From Lingula anatina (taxonomy: Eukaryota; Animalia; Brachiopoda), in assembly GCA_051362555.1 (NCBI GenBank), contig CM120647.1, positions 17,274,651-17,338,650 on the forward strand: a stretch of DNA of 64,000 nt, read 5' to 3'. The translations under genes were made by a program, and so were the position numbers. Below the pieces are notes generated by a model. That model ran no database searches, had not been told where the DNA came from, and saw nothing but the letters and a program-made list of their open reading frames with translations. This document shows positions 25,684-36,452 of the stretch, piece by piece (the first letter of the stretch is position 1; every line of letters begins with the position of its first letter).

Positions 25684-28397
25684 TCATATCTGCAATAAAT
25701 TATCCAGATCATCTTCATTATCATCAATAAGAAATATATTGCTAGATGGTGATTTCACGTCTTTTATCTCACCACAGTTGATATCAGTACCATCAGTGAC
25801 AGACGTCGATTTTGATTGCTCCTTACTTTTACACATAGACTTTGACATAACAGTACAGGTGCTGACACCTACAGCTTGAGGTGTTCTTATTAAAGGAATG
25901 AAACTTGGTTTCTCAGAAGCTACATTTAATCTACTAAAAATGACATCATCCTGTAGTATAGTTGTGTCTACATCAGCTGACGAGGCAATCCTTTTTTTAT
26001 CTGTCCTTTTATCAAAAATTGACTCAGAATGTATTTCTTTCCCAAATGTCTGTCTACAGACTGCATCACCATTTTGTGACTGCTCGTTCTGATAATACAT
26101 CTTATCAGAGGCTATTCTCGTATGTAAAGATGGCTGGTTTTTATTACTCCTGCTGTTATCTACAAAATGTCCAAAACCATGGATATCAATTCCTGAAATA
26201 TTTTCTTTATAATCAACATTATAAGTATCTTCACCATACCCCACATCATCTTGAACTTCACTATAACCATCACCAGAACTGCCTTCATCTCTGGCCACGT
26301 CTTGGTCAATGAATTGTGTCCACTTTGACTGTCCAGCTCTGGTCCCTGTGCCACTAAGTCCACTCTCACTGGACACAACATTGGTTGACTTTCTTGTGCA
26401 CATAAGAGGAGAAGGTTTCGGAAACCTAGCCCAACTGGACATTCGACCATTGTGGTCAGGATTCAGTGTGCCATTCATATGGTCTTGCATATTTAAATGT
26501 CTACTATTCTCAACTGTATAAGATTCACTGCCTCTTTCTGAAATTATACCACTCCTGTTAGCTGTACTGGGCTGTGTGTCCGTCAATTCGCTGGGGTAGA
26601 ATGGGTCTTGTCTTGAATACGACTCCCCTGTATCTGTATACTGGTGCCCTCTTTTGTTACTCTGATAGGGGTGATGTCTGGTATCCTTGTATCTGAAGAA
26701 ATAGTAAGAAATATAAAATTTGAGAAACAACAGTTTTGTTCTACAGGGCTGTAGTCAGCAATTTGAAAGGGGATGCAGCCAGTTTCTTTTTCAGAAAAAG
26801 TAGATGTTTTTTCTGGGTGTAATCCTCTTAGTTGAACCAACTTGACAAAATTTTGATCCAGGGCAAACATTTTCTAGCCAAAAGGGTGCTCATTTTGCAT
26901 CCCACTCCCATCCTGTCCATGGACCCATTTGCAAATATAGCACAATAAATTTTCTATTATTATTTATTGAAGTCTCTTCTTGCAAATCTGTTGGATGCCT
27001 CGTGTGCCACATCGGCACAAAGAGGATAGTTAAATGAAGTGAATAATTTTAATGTTTGCAGACAAATATCAGCACAAAAAACTCACTTCCTCCCCCTCTG
27101 CTTTCTATCATAATGTCCTCTAGATGTATGTTTGTACTTCTGCACACTTGTGGTGTAAACAGTGACATCCTCCTCCTCCATGTCGCTTCCTGGTTGTACT
27201 TCCTGGTCTTCCTCAGTCACATATTTCCCCCACTTGCTCTCTGCTACACCAGCTGATGAACCTACTTGTAGGTACTGAAATGAGAAGAAAATTTAAGTTA
27301 AAACTATGAGCCTCAGTGTAGCACAAACAGACAGAAAGACATATACACACAAGCTAATCGTTGGTCATAATGAGGGTTGGAGACAGAAACTGCTCCCACA
27401 GGCAAAAACTTTAAGAAAAATACTAATTGACTGATAATAATTACAGATAAATAACCAGTCCTTTTTTTTACAAAAACCAGCAATTTAATTCCAAAACCTT
27501 CTTTCAAAATAATAAAATAAAATGAAGATACTATCACCTACCCTTACATTTATGCTATTATATATTTACAGTTATTCTCTAATCTATATGAATATTGCAA
27601 TCATTATGAACAAAATTATAATTTAACTCTGAGACCAAATTTTCACTTTTCGTACCTCGGACCCTGTTGAAATGTTTTCATTCCAGTCAACTTCCTCACT
27701 GGTGACCTGGGCAGCTGACGTCCAGTTCTCTTGGTCAGCAGTGTCCACCTGGCTTCTCATCATGTTTAACTTTTGGACATGTTTCCTGCAGTCAGCTCCT
27801 GACCCTTCCCCAAACACCTGGGATAAGAACATGAAAATTGTGTGTGGTGACCGTGAGTACAAAATGAGTTGATGAAATACAATTGGGGTTGGGGGGGGGG
27901 GGGGGGGGAATGAAATTCAAATTCCAAATTGAGTATTCATGCCTAGCTCTTTTACACATTATGTGACAAATTCTAAGTTCTTATGACATAATTTTGAGGG
28001 TGAAAATTAAATGGGGCAGTTTTTGACTGATCATTTTTGAAAGTGGCGTCTGAAAAAAGACTAATTAACATGGTGTGACTGAGACTTGAATAACTTTTGA
28101 TCTAACTGAGATAGATTAAAACTTTGAAAGGTTTATTTATACTCATAATAGTAAGTATCTGTGTTTTAATTTTCAAGTCTCTAGCTTAACTAGAAAACAA
28201 GTATATGTTGATTTTTTTTTCAAGAAAGAGATGTACATGTAGGTCAGACGTTTGCAGTTTATCCTGCTTACAAGTACCTTAATAACTGATTGCTTTTGAC
28301 CACATAATTTGCACGCCCACTTATTGATTTTCTTCACTTGGTGAACTTGAAACATCCGGCAGGAAAAGCACTGCAGTACGTGGAAAACTTGCGGCAT
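25684..28397 (-). CDS. MRNIP: MRN complex-interacting protein (C5orf45-like)
   Basis: Exons 28397-28278, 27817-27656, 27274-27087, 26692-25684 (TGA). N-terminal zinc ribbon [58 protein letters not shown], followed by a disordered tail with SKW motifs and an acidic end. Confidence 0.9.
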
Positions 28398-28800
28398 TTT
28401 TGTAATATAACACCTTGACGCGCCTTTCAATAGAACTGATGAACTATAGAGGGCGCATTTCAAGACATGCTCCTAAGTTAAAAGATGCTAATCTTATGTC
28501 TCATTTTACTTTATTATCTACCACACAAATCATTTTTGTTGACACATGCAAACGGGTTTATAAAAATGAGAAATACTTTACTTTGTTGCATTTTATTATT
28601 TTATTTTTTCTAGTAATTTGTCTTTACTTCCTTTTCCCAACGGCGCCATCTAGTAGTCACATGTTACGACTGTGTGAACGAGAACGCATGACAGGAGAGC
28701 TGGATTTTAAAAGTTGGTACGTCACATATGTTCCCAGTTTTGTAATTAGCATGAAAAACTTTAAAGCCGCCAATCCAACATTCGGCTTTGGGTAATGCTA
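28398..28800. promoter_or_regulatory. Bidirectional promoter region, MRNIP / GTSF1-like
   Basis: Divergent gene arrangement. Candidate plus-strand UTR donors at ~28792 (GG|GTAATG) and ~29099 (TG|GTAGGT). CTCF-like motifs ATAGAGGGCGC (~28446) and GCGCCATCTAGTAG (~28643). Confidence 0.5.
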
Positions 28801-29397
28801 CATAGCACGCTGAAATGTAGTGACAGTATTTTGGACGTAATTGTTTGCATATATTTTGACACTTGTAAATCTTATTTTGATTTTGATTTTTGTTTGGTTC
28901 TTCACTTTTTGGTGACAGTCTCTCTCTCTCTCTATCTCTCTCCCTCTCACCACTTAGTGACTTATATGTACGTCTATTTTCATTTTAGATTTAAACGCTT
29001 GAAGTCACATTAATGATTAAGACTCCAGTTCGATAACTGATCTGTGTGAGTGGAGACCAACCTCACAGTAATAACTTGTTGGGAGTTACTTTAAATTGGT
29101 AGGTTAGTCCACCTGTTTACTGTTTACTAATAGACTATGCATTTTACATTTGATTTTTCAAATGTGTGATAACAAATCTTTGGTTAACAATGGGTATTTT
29201 CATCAAAACACGTATGTACCAGTAGCTATGATAGAAGAAATTTGAAAAAAATAAACGCTCAATATTTTGTTGGTATGATTGTGTTTGTTTGTTTTTTATG
29301 TACAGACACAGATGTGTCTGTACATATAGCCATCATCTGCGTCTGTCGTCGCCGTCGCCGTCGCCGTCGCCGTCGTCGTCGTCGCCGTGCACTTTTA

Positions 29398-30180
29398 CCG
29401 ATAACACAATAAGTGGAAAACCATTTTACCTTTTGACTTGAAACTTGCAGAACTGATGAATATTCATAATACGCAGGTCAAGTTCGAAAATCAGCATGAT
29501 CAGGTCACTTTTAGGGAATTTATGCAGTTTTTTCACTTTTTTCAGCATATATGCAGCACCGATAACACGATAAGTGGAAAACCATTTAACCTTTTGACTT
29601 GAAACTTACAGAACTGATGAATATTCAAATTACGCAGGTCAAGTTCGAAAATCAGCATGATCGGGTCACTTTTAGGGAATTTATGCTGTTTTTTCACTTT
29701 TTTCAGCATATATGCAGCACCGATAACACGATAAGTGGAAAACCATTTTACCTTTTGACTTGAAACTTACAAAACTGATGAATATTCATAATACGCAGGT
29801 CAAGTTCGAAAATCAGCATGATCGGGTCACTTTTAGGGAATTTATGCTGTTTTTTCACTTTTTTCAGCATATATGCAGCACCGATAACACGATAAGTGGA
29901 AAACCATTTTACCTTTTGACTTGAAACTTACAGAACTGATGAATATTCATAATACGCAGGTCAAGTTCGAAAATCAGCATGATTGGGCCATTTTTAGGGA
30001 ATTTATGCTGTTTTTTCACTATTTTCAATATAAATGCAACACTGATAACACAATATAAGAAAAACGGATTGGCCAATTGTAATTATACTCACAGGAGTGG
30101 TCAATCTTACTAAAACGCAGGTTGAGTTCAAAAATCAGCATAATCGGGCCATTATTTTAGAAGTTATACTGTTTTTTCAC
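29398..30180 (+). repeat. 161-bp tandem repeat (4 near-identical copies plus 1 degenerate)
   Basis: AAGTGGAAAACCATTT recurs at 29411, 29572, 29733 and 29894. Confidence 0.95.
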
Positions 30181-30561
30181 ATTTCCTCAGATTCAATTAT
30201 TAGGCATGTTAACAGTCTCATTATTTAACTAATAAGATGCCTAAAAGTGTTTGTTTGATATTTCCTGCATCTTTACAACATTGTTAGTTGATTATGTAAA
30301 AAACATGGTAAACTTGTTATCATGTATTGTGTAATAAAGTGTCAAAAATGGAAATAAACTCATATCATTGCAGTTTGTCAGATTCAATCATCCACTATGT
30401 TCAGAATCTCAGAATGGAGGAAATTGGACATTTAACACTGTTCTATTGATACTTTTCCCATCTCATAAATTTTCTTAGTTGGTCATATAAAAATGGCAGT
30501 AGAATGTTTATTTTGTTTTATGTTAAAAAAGTGTTCAGAACAGTGCTGTCTTGTTTACATT

Positions 30562-30844
30562 TTGGCATTTTCAAGGTGTGACTTTGAAGTTCCATGGGCC
30601 TGAAGACCTTTGCTAGTCACATTTTCTGAATATCTGTGATACAAATATTTTATAATTAAAAATTGATGGTCATTAAGCTGTTAAACATTATGTAATATTG
30701 CATCAAAATTTGAAGAAACCCCTATTTTGGGCACTGCTTCCATGATGACCATTTAAGGAAAATCATGTCACTTACTGTTCTCAAACTTACAGGAAAGAAA
30801 CAAGGGATTAAAATACAGCTTCAGTAGGCAATGCAGTCTGTTTG

Positions 30845-30895
<51 letters not shown>

Positions 30896-31268
30896 GCAGT
30901 TAAACAGTTTTTTGTGAAAATTTAATTTTTTACATATTGGCATTTTCAAGGTGTGACTTTAAAGTTCCATGATCCTGAAGACTTTTGCTTGTCACATTTT
31001 CTGAATGTTCATGTTACTAATATTTTATTAATAACATTTGATTGTCATTATGCTGTTAAACATTATGTAATGTTGCATCAAAATTTGAAGAAACCCCTAT
31101 TTTGTGCACTGCTCCTATGATGACCATTTAAGGGAAATCGTGTCACTTACTGTTCTCAAACTTACAGGAAAGAAACATGGGTCTAACATACAGCTTCAAT
31201 AGGCAACGCAGTCTGTTTGGTAAATTTTTCTGGCAATTTAACATTTTTTTGTGAAAATTTAATTTTTC
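30562..31268 (+). repeat. Diverged two-copy tandem duplication (~375-bp offset) inside the HINE
   Basis: GGCATTTTCAAGGTGTGACTTT at 30564 and 30939, with collinear similarity downstream. Confidence 0.85.
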
Positions 31269-31361
31269 ACTTATTTGCATCTTTATTTTCTGTTTTTTTG
31301 TCTGTACATTTGACAGCTTTGCTGCCTTGTTTTTTTTTTTTTTCCAGAGTGAGACATAGCA

Positions 31362-34300
31362 ATGGCACAATACGATGTTCCTGATGAGAGCGACCTCATG
31401 GAGTGTCCTTACGACCCCGTCCACATGATACGGGCCAAGAGGTTCCCCTATCACCTGATGAAATGTCGCAAGGTCAGTGCATGAGCATTAAGGTCCCTTT
31501 TCTCGCTCTCTGGATATTTTGGAGCATTCGTTGCACGTGTGGAGATCGAAACCATTTAATGGCAAAGGACAGTAATGTCAGATGTAGATTCAAGGGCTTT
31601 GGGGGTGGGGGTAAAGGTATCACAATTTTGCCTCCTTTCCCCATCCACCTCCCCCCATTCCACCCCCCCTCCCCCTGCCCTGCTTGGACGCTTGGATCAG
31701 ACAATGTGTTTTGTATATACAGTTGTGCTTGAAAGATAAGATTCATGTAATAACACTGGGTGAGTGACTTGAAACTAATTTTAGAGAGAGGGGATAGTTA
31801 TTGAGCAAGAAGTTTTAGACAATCTTGTAGTCCTTGTCTTACAGAACTATGCTGGAAAAGACATGAAGACGTGTCCTTTCAATGCCAGACATGTTGTGCC
31901 GGGACCAGAGCTGAGGTATCACATTTCACGCTGTCCAGATAAAGCCATGCTACAGCAGGATGTGAAGAATGGTAATCTTGGGATTGACACTAGTACTATT
32001 TTTGGAATTGTGTCCAATTTTGTTTTTCAGTTTTGTATGAACTTTATGAAATTTGATCCAACATTTCAAGAATTAATAACAACTACTGTGTCTTTCTCAG
32101 AAGAACATGATCAACAAATGATAAGGTCAGAATTACCATGTCAGTGTGAAGATGAGTGCGCATGCACACACACACAAAAAATTTAGATTGAAAAAAATGT
32201 AAAAAGATGGAGAAGATATTTTTAGTAAGGGAGGCTTGAGAGTAGAATATAACCTACACTTGAATTACAGCCATGGAAAAAGAAGAAGACGAGGGTGCAT
32301 ATTTCAAAGGAAACACCTCCGTACCCACATATTTCCCAGAGTGGGACCGACCTGAGCCTACGGAAGACTGGGATGCAGAGACTCCTGGGATACCTAGAAT
32401 AGGCGTGGACCCTAAGGAGCTGAACAACCCCACTAGAACTTATATCAAGGACTTGGTGGGGTGAGCACTAAATGGCATCTGCTGAGAAATTGACACTCTG
32501 AGTTGAATAAAACCGTAATGACATACTTATGACATTCGTAATGTCTTAGTCCGACTGTCTGTATTTTGTTCACTGTCTGCCTCTGTGTCGTCTGACTAGT
32601 GCAGTGTCTGTCCAGTTTTGATTATCGTTGTTTAATAGTACCTATCTTTCTCTCTCTCTCTCTTTCTCTTTCTCTCTCTCTCTCTCATTATTAGATAAGT
32701 ATAAAATATAAATTTAGAATAACTTTATAAAAACGTAAGTGACAGAGGATTGTCTTCATTTTGTTTCCTATCAGAATGACTCCTGCAGAGAAGAAGAGAC
32801 ACAAGAACAGACTTCAGAGAAGAGCACAAAGAATACAACAGGGGCTGTAAGTTAGATTTAACTGACTGAATATTGTTTGTAAGCACCTTGCCGGGGACTG
32901 TGATGAATTCATAAGTGTCAGATATAAGTTTGGAATATTTAAGCAATTTTTATTACACTACTACTAATACAGTGTACAAATGATTTTTGAGGAATGGCTG
33001 TGTGTGTGCCTGCTTATATTAATTTTCTTAAGTTGATAAATAAAATAAACTTAAATATTTAATAATTGTATCTAGCCAAGATTTGAATCAGGATTGTATA
33101 TACCCAGTATTTATAATATATGCAGTGAAGTGAATTGCGTGTCTGAATGCAAGACTTGTTATGTGCGAGTTTTCTTTTAAAGGGTTAATCCTACACACCT
33201 GTCTTCTATTACCCATTCAAGGAAATAGCTATGGCAGGGTGGGTGCTGGTTTGAAGGTATCAGTTAGATTCATTATTAGCAATAGGTTAAAGGTACACTC
33301 CATGAGATTTACCTGCCAGTGTGGATTTTCCCGGGAAAATTAGCAATTTTCTCATACAGCCACCATTTTCCTATAAGCTCCAATGGAAATATGTACATCA
33401 GGTAAGCTCTGGGAAAAAATGTTTAAGGAGTTGAGTCATTTTTAAGGTGTATGTAAGATTTTGTAAGAAGCTGTGGATGGCACAAAAAAAAAAGGCATTT
33501 TGGGGATTTGTAGGTGTACATTTATGCTTTTAAAACTCTACCCTCAGTCCACCAGATGCCTCGGATGAAGAAGAGAATGAAGAGAAGCCTGGATCCCAAC
33601 CAGAGTCCCAGCCACGTGAGGACAGTCCCAGTGGGCAGCTCCGGCTGCCCAAACAGGCCGCACAGACCCTGCAGATGGCCCAGCAGAGCAGGGCAGCGGT
33701 CAAGCAGCAAGGACCGTCCAGTGTGTTTGCTTACTCTCTCAGTCAGGCTGGTCTAGGGAGAGGAGTTGGTAGAGGACTGGGGAATGGTGAGTGTATAATA
33801 ATAGTAATGATATTAATAATAATAATAATGACAATAATAATAATAAAAATGAACTAATAACGATAATAATAAAAGGGTTTATTGTGCTCTGCAATATGTA
33901 CAACACGTATTGAATGTATTGCCTGCTGTTTTTGGCGTTTCCTTTAACATTTCTACCTAAAAATGACATGGCAATTTATACTGCATATACTACAGTAATA
34001 TGTTTATTAGTCAAAATTCTGAATAGAAAATAATGCATATCTTCGAACATTAAACCATGTAATGTGCAAAAAAAGGTTTTGGTTATACCGAGATGCTGTT
34101 GGGGTATAATCCTGATAAAAATGTAACTGTAGCAAAACCAGAAATCGTTAAGTACTGTTCAAATTGATTAGTGAACTTTAGGTCTTTTGATAAAGAAAAA
34201 TTATGCAAATTATCTCCACAGGTCAGATTGGTGCTAACGGAACGGTGCCCCCAGGGTTCTCTGCACTAAATGGCGTCCTGTCCCACAGCGAGAATGCACA

Positions 34301-35673
34301 GATGCTTGCCAACCTAGCTCGCGGGCGAGGTATCGCTAGGGGGATAGCTCGTGGCAGTCCACCTTCTATGTCTCCTACTCGACCAGGTGGGGAGACTGGG
34401 AGAAATTTTAATTTAAAACAGAAAAATTAAAATGCTATTTTACTTTAGATAATAAAGTGATGTATACTGATTTTGATTTATTTATTTTTTAATTATATAT
34501 TTCCTTTGTTCACATTGCTCAGGGTATAGTAGGTTCGTTCGAATTTGTTATAGTGAATATTTTCACTCGTGAGTGAGCTTTATTTGAACTGTACTTTTCT
34601 GTTCCAGGTTCAACACCCCCAGGTGGAGCCCCAGTTTTCCAGGTGGGCAGAGGCCGTGGTATTTTGACCACTGGTCAGCCAGGTGAGAACTGGAGCATTC
34701 ACACCTCAACCCCCCACCCCCCGCTCCCCACCTCCACATATGATAATATGCCATTTATCCCAGGAGAATTTGTCAAACACACATCCACCCCCATGCATAT
34801 AACAAAATTCCATTCATCCTGGGAAAATTTGTCAAGCACGAGTTTTTCAAAGGAAGAACTTGCACTGTACTAAATAAGAATTAATGTAAATACTCCAGGC
34901 TCTCCATCCTTTGTGGTGCCGAACATAAGCCAGTTACAACAGCAACAGAATGTGGGTCAAGGTGACCAAGTTCACGGTCAGGGTGATGAGGCTCTAGGTC
35001 AAAATGATGTGAGTCAAGGTCAGGTGCCCCAGGATGGAGATGAAAAAGAAGAAACGGAAACAGCTGAGGTGCAGAGGGTGAAGGCCATCAGGAAAATCCA
35101 GAAGAAGCTGAGACAGGTATGCCAAGAATGTGGACTCAGTACTGATGATGCTTACTATTTAAAAAAAGTGGAAGAATATTTAGTAAGATGATGCACTCAG
35201 TGATTTTTTTTTTCTGATTTTCAACCTCTTATTTTTTTAATTTACTAATAGATAGCAGACTTGGAGGCTGAAGGCAAAGAATTGGATGAAGCTCAGGTAG
35301 GTTTTACTTCACCACCTATTTATTTATTTATTTATTTATTTATTTTTGCTTCATGCAACTGGATGAAGCTCAGGTAGGTTTTACTTTACCACATATTCAT
35401 TTATTTATTTATTTATTTATTTTTGCTTCATGAAACCTATGTACTGTATGTTAAGCTGAACATCTTTTATCTTATGTTTTATACATTTATTATTATTTTT
35501 TTTAATAAAAAAAGGCTTGTACTTCTAGTGAGATAAATTGATTATTATTATGTTGATATTGGAGTCTTTGGAGATTCTCAGATTAAACTGAATGCTGCTG
35601 TTGATTTGTCTTTTAGATGGAAAAAGTCTCTAAGAAAGTGGAACTGGAAAATGAATTACAAAAACTCCAGTAA
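31362..35673 (+). CDS. GTSF1: Gametocyte-specific factor 1 / Asterix / D7-family tandem CHHC (U11-48K) zinc-finger protein with extended GRG-rich and coiled-coil C-terminus
   Basis: Exons 31362-31472, 31845-31971, 32271-32460, 32775-32846, 33548-33786, 34222-34386, 34608-34682, 34899-35116, 35252-35296, 35617-35673 (TAA), all phase-compatible. Fingers [21 protein letters not shown] and [21 protein letters not shown]; acidic Trp motif [15 protein letters not shown]. Confidence 0.85.
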
Positions 35674-36452
35674 GTAGTAAGACATTTGGGATAAATTTTG
35701 CTTTATTACACATGAGCACAGCTACATGTAAGTAGTACTGCAAAGGCATTTAATACATTTAAAAGGGTAATCAGTATACTGTTATAGACTTTTTATCTGT
35801 ATGGAGATTTATACAGACTCAAGTTTTAAGCTTTTGGTGATAATTCCTAATCTCATTTTGAGTCATCTTGATAATTTAAAAAATTTTGAAGTTTATGCAT
35901 ATTGACAGCATATAGAGCTAGATAATGTTCTGTTCTCTTGTTTCTGTTTTCAATGTGTCATTGATTTTAATACACATGAAGTGAAAACTTAAAAAAAAAG
36001 TCATCTGTATATTCATGTTATTAGGCTTACACCATGGAATGGTTTTAGCATTAGCACTGGGTATTTTGTATTTGATAGGATGCAGTAGTGCCTCTGGTCT
36101 GTTGGATGAGTGCTGTGGAAACAGAGAAAGGTCGACAAATGATACGGCATACAAAAAACTAGAAAAGATGTGACACATGTCCAGTTATGTTCAGATTATT
36201 GTCTTATGTTATTTCCTTATTGTATAATTTGTCTTAAGAACTTGATAAGTTTTTCAGGTAGTAGTTAGATGTAGGTGTAAGAGAAGTAGAGGCATGAACC
36301 TCACAGAAAGGATGGTGCAAATAATATTTAATATTTTATACTGATACACACTACATAAATGTTCATATGAAGATAACATTTTTTTAACCTAAGCTATTAT
36401 GTTTTCTTACAACCAAAACAATTATAGATAATGGATGACTTAAAGTTTTCAC

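Larger units (their letters stand above)
29292..31332 (+). mobile_element. Helentron-associated non-autonomous element (HINE/DINE-1-like) in a 5'UTR intron of the GTSF1-like gene
   Basis: T-rich target site; 5' palindrome ATGTACAGACAC-AGAT-GTGTCTGTACAT; (GTC/GCC)n microsatellite; 161-bp tandem core; 3' subTIR TGTCTGTACAT followed by hairpin GACAGC-TTT-GCTGCC and a T-run. Confidence 0.8.

Noticed and set aside
29398-30180. Tandem hammerhead ribozymes in the 161-bp repeat (CTGATGA...CGAAA in each unit)
   Set aside because: There is no convincing stem II and no valid NUH triplet after the ATCA/TGAT stem. The boxes fit ordinary HINE core repeats.
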